Source of the DNA: Deltaproteobacteria bacterium | GTDB taxonomy: Bacteria > Desulfobacterota > Syntrophia > Syntrophales > JACQWR01 | Length of the DNA: 64,000 bases | Reading direction: 5' to 3' | Assembly (NCBI GenBank): GCA_016209105.1 | Contig: JACQWR010000025.1 | Span: 41,314 to 105,313 of the forward strand | Part shown: positions 42,057-51,360 of the stretch, one piece after another | How positions within the stretch are numbered: position 1 is the first letter of the stretch | Layout of the letters: each line of letters opens with the position of its first letter | Notes under the pieces: model-generated | What the model was told of the DNA's origin: nothing | What the model saw: the letters and a program-made list of their open reading frames with translations, nothing else | Database searches by the model: none | Program-made: the position numbers and the translations under genes

Positions 42057-43259
42057 ATGACTGACTTTACCGTGCCCTTGGGGGAAATACAGGCGAGACA
42101 GACAAAGATTCAGAAGAAACTGCAGGAAAGCGCAATTGACGCCCTGCTTGTAGTGCAGCGCGTGGATATGCTCTATTTCACCGGGACGGCGCAGAACGGG
42201 TTCCTCTATATGCCGGCTGCGGGGGAGCCCGTCTTGTTCATTAAAAAATATCTGCCCCGTGCCAGGGCGGAATCGCCCCTGAAAAACATCGTGCCGATCA
42301 ATTCCGTAAAGGAGTTGCCGGGACTCATTGCCGAATATTACGGTTCCCTGCCTGCGGTGCTGGGGCTTGAATTCGATGTCTTGTCGGTAAAGACGTTCAA
42401 CTTCTACCGGGGCATCTTTCCCGTGAAGGGTTTTATGGATGCTTCCCGCCATATCCTTGAAATACGCATGATCAAATCCGGTTGGGAGATCGAACAGATG
42501 GAAAAAACGGCGGAGCTTTCGCGGGACACCTTTGCTTACGCACAAGAAACGATCCGCCCGGGCCTGACGGAAATGGAGCTCGCTGGGATGATGGAAACCT
42601 TCTCCCGGACGCATGGACATGGCGCACAGCTCAGAATGAGGGATCCCCAGGTCGAGGGATTCCCCTGGCATATCCTGAGCGGGAAAAGCGGAGGCATGGT
42701 CGGCATGATGGATTCGCCCGCGAGCGGCGAGGGCACGTCCATCGCCTTTCCCTGCGGCGCCGGCAATAAGCTGATTGCGCCCGATGAGCCGATCATGATT
42801 GACTTTGGGACCGTCATGAACGGCTACCATATTGACGAAACCAGGTTCTTTGCCATCGGTTCCATGCCGGAGCGGACGAAAAAGGCCTGTCTCACTGCCA
42901 TGGAGATACACAATCAGATACTGGAGAGGGCCCTGCCCGGCACCCCGCTCGACGAGCTGTTTCAGTTCTCCGTCGAGCGTGCCCGCGCTCTCGGATATGC
43001 CGACCAGTACCTGGGCCCCCCGGGACACAAGGTTACCTTCGTTGCCCACGGCATCGGTCTGGAACTGGTTGAACCGCCGTACATTGCCAAAGGCAAAGGG
43101 GAATTACTGGAAGCGGGCATGACCTTCGCGCTGGAGCCGAAGATGGTTTTCGAAGGTGAATTCTCCGCGGGTATCGAAAGTGTGTTCGTGGTGACGGAAA
43201 AAGGCGGCCGCCTCATCAGCAAGGTGCCCGTGGAGATCTTTATTGTGAAAAGGCCATAA
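42057..43259 (+). CDS. M24-family metallopeptidase fold protein (Xaa-Pro aminopeptidase/creatinase-like)
   Basis: An N-terminal creatinase-like domain, then DFGTVMNGYHIDETR and HGIGLELVEPP. The usual HE of HGxGxxxHE reads VE here. Confidence 0.75.
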   Translation: MTDFTVPLGEIQARQTKIQKKLQESAIDALLVVQRVDMLYFTGTAQNGFLYMPAAGEPVLFIKKYLPRARAESPLKNIVPINSVKELPGLIAEYYGSLPAVLGLEFDVLSVKTFNFYRGIFPVKGFMDASRHILEIRMIKSGWEIEQMEKTAELSRDTFAYAQETIRPGLTEMELAGMMETFSRTHGHGAQLRMRDPQVEGFPWHILSGKSGGMVGMMDSPASGEGTSIAFPCGAGNKLIAPDEPIMIDFGTVMNGYHIDETRFFAIGSMPERTKKACLTAMEIHNQILERALPGTPLDELFQFSVERARALGYADQYLGPPGHKVTFVAHGIGLELVEPPYIAKGKGELLEAGMTFALEPKMVFEGEFSAGIESVFVVTEKGGRLISKVPVEIFIVKRP

Positions 43260-43293
43260 AAAAAGGCAGGCCGCCTGTAATGCGCGACCTGCC
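43257..43293 (-). terminator. Rho-independent terminator downstream of oah
   Basis: The minus strand reads ggcagg-tcgcgcattacaggcgg-cctgcc followed by a T7-8 tract. Confidence 0.6.
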
Positions 43294-43316
43294 TGAAGAC
43301 ACAAACCTGAAAAAAA

Positions 43317-44465
43317 CTACTTCTGCTGCGGCTTTCCGAGAACTTCCTCGAACATCCCCTCGTCAACCAGTTTGCCTTCGGCAATGAGCTGACGGTTCTT
43401 AATGAAATCGATCGTGTCCTTGCTGGTGATCTTCTTTGTGTTGAAGGCGCCGAAGCCGAGGAAGGCCTCGCCCATCATGTTGGTGGCCAGCCAGTACCGG
43501 TGATCGTTCTTCATCGTATCCCAGTAGGACTTCTTCTTCTGCCTGATGCCGTCAATTGACTTCATGAGGCATCCGGGGAAGAGGTTCGCGAAGGTCCAGA
43601 CGACCTTGTCCACTTCGGCATCGAGGAGGGAGAAGTCATAGTCGTTGTTCTTCAGTTTCTCGTTTACCCATGCCCTCGCCTGTTTGGCCTCGTCGCCGCT
43701 CTTGTTTTCGCCGTAGACGATCTCCCCGTCTTTCACGTAGGTTTCGGTGATGACCTGCGGGTTCCGCACCCACTTGCCCTTGTCGTCCTTCAGAACAGGC
43801 ACACACTTCGAGATGAGGTTCTTTGCTTTCATCTTGTATGCGCTCCACATCTCACAGGAGACGCAGTTCCACATGGCATCTTCAGCGGAGAGGAACCAGG
43901 GGAGAAAATCGGAGGAGCCGCCCACCGGGGCTGAACCGTGTCTCGGACCTGCCTGGCCGTAGATTGCCAGGTCTGAGGAGATGGCGATGTCGCAGGCAAG
44001 GCCGATTTCCTGTCCGCCGGCGACCCTCATGCCGTTGACCCGGCAAATGACGGGTTTCTTGCACATAAGGATGGAGTCCACCATGTTGTTGAAAAGTTCC
44101 ATGTAGGAACCGTATTCTTCGGGCCTCATGCTGTAATATTCGGAGTACTCCTTGGTATTCCCGCCGGTGCAGAACGCGTTGGGTCCCGTGCCGGTGAAGA
44201 TCGTGGCGACAACCTCGCGGTCCGTTGAGGAGTTCTCAAAACCGGCGATAACGCCCTTCACCATCTCGGTGGTATAGGAATTGTACTGGGCCGGGTTGTT
44301 CAGACGGATCCATGACACAAAAAGCCCCGGGACTACATTGCCCTTGGGGTCTTTCAGGGGTTTCTTCTCATAAACCACGCAGGGTGCCTCTGTCCCCCAG
44401 TGATTAGACCCGTGTCTGTCGTGATTCTTTTTTCCATGTTCCCTTGGCATCCAATTTAAAGCCAT
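43317..44465 (-). CDS. oah: 6-oxocyclohex-1-ene-1-carbonyl-CoA hydrolase (ring-cleaving; BamA/Oah-type crotonase)
   Basis: About 380 aa in the crotonase superfamily, with an extended N-terminus (MALNWMPREHG...) and FTGTGPNAFCTGGN and RVNGMRVAGGQEIGLACD blocks, as I recall for BamA/Oah. It is adjacent to a had-like dehydrogenase. Confidence 0.75.
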   Translation of the reverse strand: MALNWMPREHGKKNHDRHGSNHWGTEAPCVVYEKKPLKDPKGNVVPGLFVSWIRLNNPAQYNSYTTEMVKGVIAGFENSSTDREVVATIFTGTGPNAFCTGGNTKEYSEYYSMRPEEYGSYMELFNNMVDSILMCKKPVICRVNGMRVAGGQEIGLACDIAISSDLAIYGQAGPRHGSAPVGGSSDFLPWFLSAEDAMWNCVSCEMWSAYKMKAKNLISKCVPVLKDDKGKWVRNPQVITETYVKDGEIVYGENKSGDEAKQARAWVNEKLKNNDYDFSLLDAEVDKVVWTFANLFPGCLMKSIDGIRQKKKSYWDTMKNDHRYWLATNMMGEAFLGFGAFNTKKITSKDTIDFIKNRQLIAEGKLVDEGMFEEVLGKPQQK

Positions 44466-44524
44466 AATTATTTCCTCCTAATAGTGTATTTGCTCGTTTG
44501 ACATTGTGTTGTATCCGTTACGGA

Positions 44525-45634
44525 TTAAAAATCCGGTGTAAGCACGATCCTCTTGGCAGGCGAACCGGCCTTGTGAACCTCTGCAAAGGTTTCAGCAATC
44601 GTGCTCATGGGTCTGGTTTCCACGAAGGGCGCTATGTCAATCTTCTTCGTGAGGACCATGTCGAGAACAATCGGGTAGTACTCCGGCAGACAGCCCCAGC
44701 TGCCGATGATGTCCGCGTCAAAGGCCATCAAGCGGCCGATGGCGTATTCCGTCTTTGCGAGGCCGAACCCGACCACGATCAGCTTGCCCGTAAAACCAAG
44801 CAGTGCGAGCGCGATCTCCTGCCCTCCCTTTACGCCGGTTATCTCGAAGATTTTCCAACCGAAGTTGGGCAGGTCCTTCGCCTTGGAAAGTTCCCTGAAC
44901 TCCTTGGAAATGGCGTTTGCATCTTTATCTGAGGAATTGATGACAAAGTCCGCCCCGTATTTCAGGGAGCGTTCCAGTTTCTCCTTGTTGCGGGCGATGC
45001 CGATGACGGTCTTCGCTCCCAGGGCCTTGGCAACCTGCGCCATGTACTGGCCCACGCCGCCGGTAATGCCGATGACGATCACGTTGTCGCCGGGTTCGAG
45101 ACCCGCCCTCTTCGCCGCCTGGTAAGGCGTGGTGGCTGCGTCGGCGACAACCGCCAGATTGGACAGAGGGATGCTCCCCCGGTTTTTCACTTCGCACAGA
45201 TCTACGCTGGGCACCGGGATATGGCTGGAAAAACCGCCATAGACGCCTATGCTGTTGCCGGGCATTTTCTGCGCGAGACACCTGTTGCCCCGTCCCGTTT
45301 TGCACAGCAAGCACTGGCGGCAGGGCATGACGGCGGGGATAATGACCTCCTTGCCGATCCATTTTTGATCTCCGGCCACGACCGTGCCCGATATTTCATG
45401 GCCCAGCGCCAAGGGCGGTTTGGAGACCGTCGGGACACCGTCGTAAAAGTAGCCAAGGTCCGTGTGACATACGCCGCAGCCGGCGATCTCCACAAGCACC
45501 TCCCCTGCTTTCAGTTCCGGTACGGGAATTTCCCTTTTTTCGAGTTTCCCCGGTGTGACCTCTTTTGTTTCTTTGTTGCGCGAGGTAGGTTGAACCATCT
45601 GCCAGGTCGAAATTTTATCCGGTACAGTTGCCAT
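44525..45634 (-). CDS. had: Zn-dependent alcohol dehydrogenase family, 6-hydroxycyclohex-1-ene-1-carbonyl-CoA dehydrogenase-like
   Basis: ATG at 45634 with RBS aggagg. GCGVCHTDL zinc motif, CRQCLLCKTGRGNRC structural-zinc loop, and GITGGVGQ NAD fold. The assignment rests on synteny with oah. Confidence 0.7.
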   Translation of the reverse strand: MATVPDKISTWQMVQPTSRNKETKEVTPGKLEKREIPVPELKAGEVLVEIAGCGVCHTDLGYFYDGVPTVSKPPLALGHEISGTVVAGDQKWIGKEVIIPAVMPCRQCLLCKTGRGNRCLAQKMPGNSIGVYGGFSSHIPVPSVDLCEVKNRGSIPLSNLAVVADAATTPYQAAKRAGLEPGDNVIVIGITGGVGQYMAQVAKALGAKTVIGIARNKEKLERSLKYGADFVINSSDKDANAISKEFRELSKAKDLPNFGWKIFEITGVKGGQEIALALLGFTGKLIVVGFGLAKTEYAIGRLMAFDADIIGSWGCLPEYYPIVLDMVLTKKIDIAPFVETRPMSTIAETFAEVHKAGSPAKRIVLTPDF

Positions 45635-45667
45635 TTTCTTCCTCCTTCCTTCCAAGGTTTAACAAAT

Positions 45668-45788
45668 AGTGAATGTCATTTTATTGAAGTTCTCCTTAGC
45701 GCAGACCCCGGAGAATCTTCGATTCTTCATTTTATCATTCGCTTGCTTACCCCAAAGCCAAGCCGCGGGGAATGCGCTCGCTACCGGA
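45668..45788 (-). repeat. Intergenic repeat, family B, copy B3 (reverse orientation)
   Basis: The reverse complement reads agcgagcgcattccccgcgg...aagcgaatgataaaatgaagaatcgaagattctccgg...cttcaataaaatg. Confidence 0.6.
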
Positions 45789-46166
45789 TTCAATAAGGCG
45801 GAGAGATCTTGCCTGATGAAGCGAAGCATTGCAGAGGGATTTGACTCATACACCATAAGAGTGCAGCTACACAGCCGAAGCGGAACGCACGTATTTTCCA
45901 GAGCTGATATATGGATGCATCTGCTGCAGCCACATATGGGGAAATGACTACATCCCAGCTACATCCTATAACGGTAAAGGGAGTGCTTGTCAATCATTTT
46001 TTAATCCGGCTTTCCGGGATGAAGATCTGTTCCCGATGAGAAACTTGCAAACAATAATTGCTTGAAAAAGCGTTGTATTTCATATATAGGACGAAAAAGC
46101 ATTTGCTTGTGTACCGGTGTTTTCGCAGAGAAGAATTTAAAAAAATGCAAAAGGAGGAAAACAGGC

Positions 46167-46499
46167 ATGGCAAAGGCAAAGCGGGGAGATAAATTTGGTT
46201 GTGCGGAATGCGGTCTTGTAGTTGTGGTGGATGAAGGATGCGGTTGCGCAACGACCGACATTCTGTGCTGCGGAGAACCGATGGTCAAGGGAGATATAAA
46301 GACGAGCAAGACAAAGAAAAAACCCGCGGCAAAAAAGGCGCCCAAAAAGAAGGTGGCAAAAAAGGCCAAGCCCAAAGCAAAGAAAAGCGCCGCTGCAGCG
46401 AAAAAGACCGCCGCCACCAAGAAGAAGGCGGTAAAGAAACCGGCGGCAAAGAAAGCAAAGACAAAGAAAGCGCCGGCCAAGGCCAAGAAGAAAAAATAA
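46167..46499 (+). CDS. Desulforedoxin-like Cys4 domain fused to histone-H1-like Lys/Ala-rich tail
   Basis: RBS aaaggagg. The N-terminus GDKFGCAECGLVVVV...ILCCGEPMV carries the CxxC...CC pattern of desulforedoxin. The C-terminal ~70 aa are KKPAAKKAPKKK-type repeats. Confidence 0.7.
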   Translation: MAKAKRGDKFGCAECGLVVVVDEGCGCATTDILCCGEPMVKGDIKTSKTKKKPAAKKAPKKKVAKKAKPKAKKSAAAAKKTAATKKKAVKKPAAKKAKTKKAPAKAKKKK

Positions 46500-46537
46500 A
46501 AACCCTTCCCCCGGCAGGAAGTGCACGACCGCATCAT

Positions 46538-46585
46538 GAAGCCCCGCTTCTCCCCTTTCAGAAGGGAGTGGGGCTTCCTTTGTTT
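46538..46585 (+). terminator. Rho-independent terminator
   Basis: gaagccccgcttctccc-ctttcagaa-gggagtggggcttc followed by ctttgttt. Confidence 0.6.
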
Positions 46586-46650
46586 AGGAACTGCCGGGAT
46601 TATGTCGGGGGTATGCCATTTTCCACAGACCTGCCTTGCGGGGATTCATT

Positions 46651-47313
46651 ATGAACGTATTGGTCGCAGCGCCTCACCCCGATGACGACGTTATCGGCTG
46701 CGGAGGAAGCATTGTCAGGCATGTGAGGGAGGGGCATCCCGTTACCGTTGTCTATGTGACAACCGGTGAAGCGGGAAATATTCATTCCCCCAAGGAAATC
46801 CTGGCGAGGATCAGGGAAAAGGAGGCGCGAGCGGCGGCACGGCTGCTCGGTGTGCAAGACTTGATATTTCTCGGGTATCCCGACGGCTGTCTGGAATGCG
46901 ACGGAGAAGTGTTGAGCAGGGTGGTGGGGATCATTCGAGAGAAAAAACCGGGACTCGTTTACCTGCCCCACGGCAACGAAGCCCATCGGGATCACCGAAA
47001 GACCTATGAGTTGTTCACAGAAGCGCTAAGAAGAGCCGCCGGTCCCTGGTTCGGCGAATCCGGAAAGAAACCCTGGTCGGTGGATACGATCCTCTGTTAT
47101 GAAATAGCGACTCCCCTGCCGGATGTTTCCTACGTAGAGGATATCACCGATTGCCTGCCGCTTAAATTGAAGGCGCTCCGGAAGCATGCTTCACAGCTAA
47201 AAAACATTGCCTATGATGAGGCGGCCAAGAGTTTGAACCGCTTTCGGGGCATTACGACGGGCAGGGGCAATTACTGTGAGTGTTTTGAGGTAAAGCGTAT
47301 TGGCAGGATATGA
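46651..47313 (+). CDS. PIG-L/LmbE-family N-acetylglucosaminyl deacetylase
   Basis: VLVAAPHPDDDVIGCGG and HRDHRKT motifs. Confidence 0.85.
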   Translation: MNVLVAAPHPDDDVIGCGGSIVRHVREGHPVTVVYVTTGEAGNIHSPKEILARIREKEARAAARLLGVQDLIFLGYPDGCLECDGEVLSRVVGIIREKKPGLVYLPHGNEAHRDHRKTYELFTEALRRAAGPWFGESGKKPWSVDTILCYEIATPLPDVSYVEDITDCLPLKLKALRKHASQLKNIAYDEAAKSLNRFRGITTGRGNYCECFEVKRIGRI

Positions 47314-47376
47314 CGACTTCGGAATCCCGATACACAGGATAAGTGCGTTGCCGTCGCTTGACGGGGCGGATGTTCC

Positions 47377-47955
47377 TCAATCCGGAACGCGGTTCGTGAA
47401 GAGCCGTTCAAAGAATCTCTGCTTTTTCTTCGGGAAGTACACGGAACCGTCGTCGTAATCCACGATCAGCTTCCCATCCAGGTGATCCAGTTCGTGCTGA
47501 ACCACGCGGGCGAGGTAATCCGTGTAGCGCTTGCTTATCTTGCAGCCGTTTGCATCCAGCGCCCGGACTTTTATTTCCGGGAACCTGCTCACTTCCACCT
47601 GAATGTCGGGACACGAAAGACAGCCTTCCGACATGGTGACCTTTTCCCCCCGGCGTTGAGTTATTCTCGGATTGATGAGCACGTCGTAATCACTTTCGCT
47701 TTTCGTCCAGACGCTTTTATCATCAAAGCCCTTGTTGCGGAAAACGACGATGCGGTGACTGATGCCGATTTGAGGCGCCGCGAGACCGGAGGCATCATCC
47801 CGTGCGAGAAAGGCATCCACCAGGGTCCGGATATGCTTTTTCCCCTCCGGAGAAAGCGGTGCCGGAAGTTCCCGGCACGGGGTCCGCAATATGCGGACGT
47901 CTTCCTCGTTGATTTCTTCATCGCGCCACAGCGTTAGGACTTTTTTATCAGACAT
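47377..47955 (-). CDS. def: Peptide deformylase
   Basis: GLAAPQIG, EGCLS and HELDHLDG motifs. Confidence 0.93.
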   Translation of the reverse strand: MSDKKVLTLWRDEEINEEDVRILRTPCRELPAPLSPEGKKHIRTLVDAFLARDDASGLAAPQIGISHRIVVFRNKGFDDKSVWTKSESDYDVLINPRITQRRGEKVTMSEGCLSCPDIQVEVSRFPEIKVRALDANGCKISKRYTDYLARVVQHELDHLDGKLIVDYDDGSVYFPKKKQRFFERLFTNRVPD

Positions 47956-48156
47956 GGATTCATGAACCTGCCAGTTATTTAACGTTCCCTCTATAGCACT
48001 GCCCCGCTCTTATTTCAAGAGACGGCGGTCTCTAAAAAAGCGGTTCTCAAAACGCTGCGGGGAATGCGCTCGTTGCCGGGTTCGCGAACGGGCTTGCTAA
48101 ATCAGCCCATGTTTGTTAGGGTTCGCCCCCGGAAAAGACTTGGCAGCCTGCAAAAA

Positions 48157-48264
48157 TGACCGGGGGTGCTCCTGCGAGTCCCGCCTTAAAGGCGGGGCTA
48201 AGGGGCGCAATGAAAATCAATAGTCCTTACCGGGAAGCCCCGCCCTCCGGGCGGGAAGCTTCAC
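48157..48264 (-). repeat. Structured intergenic repeat, family C, copy C2 (reverse orientation)
   Basis: It is the reverse complement of 13378-13485. It is flanked by family-A-like arms (cagcctgcaaaaatga at the left, cactttttcagcaacctg at the right). Confidence 0.7.
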
Positions 48265-48300
48265 TTTTTCAGCAACCTGTTGCTCCACCGGAGGGAAGAT

Positions 48301-49557
48301 ATGTCCTTAATTGATACCCTCATTACTCGATCAGCCCGGCAGATGTTCGGCAGAGCCATGAGGTTTGACGGCAAAAACCCGGCGCGGATACCTGCGGGCT
48401 CCAGCGCGAAACCGCGCCTCCTCTATCTGCATGTCCCCTTTTGCGAACGGCTGTGTCCCTACTGCTCTTTCAACCGGGTCGTATTTGACGCCGGCCTGTG
48501 CCGCGAGTATTTCCAGGCTCTCCGGAAAGAAATAGTCCTCTACAAGAATGAAGGCCATGAATTCAGCGGCATTTATGTGGGCGGCGGCACCCCCACGATT
48601 CTCATCAATGAACTGCAGGAAACCCTGTCCCTGGCCAGGCAGTGCTTCGGGATACGGGAAATCTCCGTGGAAACCAACCCCAACCACCTTACCGAAGAGA
48701 ACCTGGAGATTTTAAAGTCGAGCGGCGTGAGCCGGCTTTCCGTGGGGATACAGAGCTTCGACGGCGGTCTACTGAAGGATATGGACCGCTATGACAAATA
48801 CGGGAGCGGAGCGGTCATTGCCGCGCAGTTGGAACGGGCGCGCGGTTACTTCGACACCCTCAATGCGGACATGATCTTCAACTTCCCCTCCCAGACCATG
48901 GCGACGCTAAACAATGACCTGGATATCCTGACCGGGATGGGCATGGATCAGATTACCTACTACCCCCTGATGGTCTCCGATTCAACGAGGGAAAAGGTTG
49001 TGAAGACGCTGGGCCGGGTGGATTACGGCAAGGAAAAAAAACTGTACCGACGCATTGTGGAGCGGCTTGCCCCCTCCTACCGTTTTTCCTCGGCATGGTG
49101 TTTCTCCCGCAAGTCCGCCCCGATTGACGAGTACATCGTGGACTACGATGAGTATGCGGGACTGGGCAGCGGGGCGATAGGGTATATTAACGGCATCTGT
49201 TATGCGAACACCTTTGACATTCCCGAATATATCGAACGGGCGGGCAGGGGGGAGATGCCGCTCTTTGCCGCCCGCGAGTTTTCCTTTCGGGACAAGGTGC
49301 GCTATGATTTTCTGATGAAACTCTTCGGGATGAAGCTCGATCTGGAAGCCATGAAGGAAAAGTACGGTTCAGAGCTGATGGGGGTGCTCTGGCCCGATAT
49401 CCTCGTCTTTAGCCTGATACGGGCGATCCGTTACTGGCCGCCGCACTTGCATCTGACGGAAAAAGGACGCTATGTCTGGGTGATCCTGATGAGGGAATTT
49501 TTCATCGCCGTGAACAACCTGCGGGACTACTGCCGCGCTCGCATCCCCTCCGCTTAG
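48301..49557 (+). CDS. Radical SAM protein, HemN/HemW-like coproporphyrinogen III oxidase family
   Basis: LYLHVPFCERLCPYCSFN carries the CxxxCxxC motif, with GGGTPT downstream. ATG at 48301 with RBS ggaggga. Confidence 0.85.
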   Translation: MSLIDTLITRSARQMFGRAMRFDGKNPARIPAGSSAKPRLLYLHVPFCERLCPYCSFNRVVFDAGLCREYFQALRKEIVLYKNEGHEFSGIYVGGGTPTILINELQETLSLARQCFGIREISVETNPNHLTEENLEILKSSGVSRLSVGIQSFDGGLLKDMDRYDKYGSGAVIAAQLERARGYFDTLNADMIFNFPSQTMATLNNDLDILTGMGMDQITYYPLMVSDSTREKVVKTLGRVDYGKEKKLYRRIVERLAPSYRFSSAWCFSRKSAPIDEYIVDYDEYAGLGSGAIGYINGICYANTFDIPEYIERAGRGEMPLFAAREFSFRDKVRYDFLMKLFGMKLDLEAMKEKYGSELMGVLWPDILVFSLIRAIRYWPPHLHLTEKGRYVWVILMREFFIAVNNLRDYCRARIPSA

Positions 49558-49558
49558 T

Positions 49559-49788
49559 CAGGCTGCTGAAAAACGCCCGTCTGCTGCGTTTCCCTCATAC
49601 TTTGCCATTCGACGTACGTATCAGTACGCCTCATGGTCGAAGAGACCGGGGGCGCATCACCGAATCCCGCCATAAGGAGGGATGAGGTGGCGCAACAGCA
49701 GACGATTACTTCCCTGCCGGGAATCCACGCTTGGTAAGCGTGGATTCAATTCGGGGGCCTTGCAAGTTCGCTCCGCTTTCCGAAGCCG
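49559..49788 (+). repeat. Family A element copy A3 carrying a nested family C copy (C3, about 49644-49758, reverse orientation)
   Basis: The left arm caggctgctgaaaaacgcc and the hairpin gacgtac-gtatca-gtacgcc are intact. The core is interrupted after ccggggg by about 100 bp homologous to family C, then resumes cgggggccttgca. It starts 2 nt after the hemN-like stop. Confidence 0.65.
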
Positions 49789-50205
49789 TTAGCCCACGAG
49801 TTCAAGACTGTTAAAAAAATACCCTATCTCAAACGCCGCCGTCGCCGGGGCATCGGAGCCGTGCACTACATTTTTCTCAATATCCGTGGCAAAATCCCTC
49901 CGAATCGTCCCTTCCGCCGCCTCTTTGAAGTTCGTCGCCCCCATTAATTCGCGGTAGCGGGCAATGGCATTTTCTCCCTCCAGCACCATGACAATGGCCG
50001 GGCCGGAAGACATGAATTCCGTCAGCGACGTGAAGAACGGTTTCCCCCGGTGCACGGCGTAAAACCCTTCCGCCTGCGTCTTGGTCATGTGGATCATCTT
50101 CATGGCGATGATTTTCAGGTTGCTTTTTTCCAGCCTCCTGATGACCTCGCCGGCGACCCCGCGGGCGACCCCGTCGGGTTTGATGATTGAGAGCGTTCGT
50201 TCCAT
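49789..50205 (-). CDS. ndk: Nucleoside diphosphate kinase
   Basis: [12 protein letters not shown] and the NVVHGSDA active-site His motif. Confidence 0.95.
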   Translation of the reverse strand: MERTLSIIKPDGVARGVAGEVIRRLEKSNLKIIAMKMIHMTKTQAEGFYAVHRGKPFFTSLTEFMSSGPAIVMVLEGENAIARYRELMGATNFKEAAEGTIRRDFATDIEKNVVHGSDAPATAAFEIGYFFNSLELVG

Positions 50206-50362
50206 AATTGTCCGCCTTTCCTTACGTTGCTTTGATTTGCCGTGTCCATACCAGAAGAGTTTCCTGAAGTCAACTCACCTGCTACAAACAACCCGAACTT
50301 GAAGCGACGGCGTATTCGACAGATAGAGTGCCGACCATACCCCCGCATTATGAGCAGGTCCT

Positions 50363-50980
50363 TTATGCTTGGATTGGTATTTTGGCCGGGATGTTTTCCT
50401 TTTTGATTCGAATTTCTACCACGGGAGGGTTAACATCAAAGTGTGTTGCTACCTCATTGGATATATACGACCAGACATCGTCCGGCATTTTTGCAAATTT
50501 TTTAAACGTTTCCTGATACTTTGCGACAACAGCGTTGCATACTTTTTCCAGTTGCACCGTCGGCACCAGTAGCTGACCCGCAAACCATTCTCCCTGGGTC
50601 TCAAACCAACTGATGTCTTCCTGCAACAGGGAAAGGCGCCATTTTACATATTCATCCGGTGTCCGGAATGGGAGGTCATCGTAACATGTTTTATGCAAAA
50701 CGTAATGTCCCAGTTCGTGAGCGAGGGTGTACCGGTATTTTTCATTAAACTGGCTGTATTGCGTTTCATCCACGTAGATCGTGGAAATGTCCCGGCTGAG
50801 AAATCCGTTGAGGCCGTGATCCTTGTATAGCCGGGGAAATGGAAAGATATCGAGCCCTAAATTCAATTCTATAATTTCTTCAACGGGTATGGGTATCTCA
50901 AATGACGGGTGGTGCTGATTAAGAAATGCCTGTACTCTGCTACCGATGTCTGCATAGCTGAGATAGGGAATATTAAACAT
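50363..50980 (-). CDS. ImmA/IrrE-family zinc metallopeptidase
   Basis: The HEXXH motif reads AHELGHYVLH. An ATGA overlap links it to the upstream XRE gene. Confidence 0.85.
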   Translation of the reverse strand: MFNIPYLSYADIGSRVQAFLNQHHPSFEIPIPVEEIIELNLGLDIFPFPRLYKDHGLNGFLSRDISTIYVDETQYSQFNEKYRYTLAHELGHYVLHKTCYDDLPFRTPDEYVKWRLSLLQEDISWFETQGEWFAGQLLVPTVQLEKVCNAVVAKYQETFKKFAKMPDDVWSYISNEVATHFDVNPPVVEIRIKKENIPAKIPIQA

Positions 50981-51360
50981 CAGCGCAATTCTTTCTTAAT
51001 AGCTTTGATAAGTTGTTGCAGGTCTTCTTCATTAAGGGTTTTATCTCTTACCGTCCTGAAGAGAACAGGGAGCGCGTTCATGACTTCTTCGTTGGACACG
51101 ATATCGGCCGGCAACTTTCCCGCGCTCGTGATTGCCAAATCGCAGAACGCCAGCCAGTCCTCCGTTCCTTCTTCAATCCCCAAGGCCAAAGCATACTTTA
51201 GGAGAAGTTCCTTCGAATGCGGCGGAGGAAACAAACCTCTCTCGATCTTGCTGATGTTTCCCGGGTCAAGCGCGTTTACACGACAAAACTCTCGTAGCGT
51301 AAGGCCTTTTGCTATTCTCTTTTCTTTGAAAAAGTTTCCAAAGGTCTTGGCAAAAACCAT
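50980..51360 (-). CDS. XRE-family helix-turn-helix transcriptional regulator
   Basis: FKEKRIAKGLTLREFCRVNALDPGNISKIERG is the HTH_3 pattern. ATG at 51360 with RBS gaaggggg. Confidence 0.85.
   Translation of the reverse strand: MVFAKTFGNFFKEKRIAKGLTLREFCRVNALDPGNISKIERGLFPPPHSKELLLKYALALGIEEGTEDWLAFCDLAITSAGKLPADIVSNEEVMNALPVLFRTVRDKTLNEEDLQQLIKAIKKELR

Noticed and set aside
40557-43049. An 830-aa ORF on the minus strand, the longest single ORF in this region.
   Set aside because: It lies antisense to two well-supported plus-strand genes, the HI0933-family oxidoreductase and the M24 peptidase. It has no recognisable motifs and an Arg/Gly/Pro/Ala-rich composition typical of shadow frames in GC-rich DNA.
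45789-46166. The ~380-bp non-coding stretch between repeat B3 and the Dx-H1-like gene, considered as a possible sRNA or missing dch gene.
   Set aside because: There is no ORF of meaningful length in any frame, and I could define no convincing promoter-terminator pair. I have insufficient evidence to call a feature.
46001-46537. Minus-strand ORFs of 178 and 129 aa full of Phe/Leu/Ala repeats.
   Set aside because: They mirror the Lys/Ala-repeat coding region of the Dx-H1-like gene, since AAG/GCC repeats read as CTT/GGC on the other strand. The plus-strand gene has an RBS, a metal-binding motif and a terminator.
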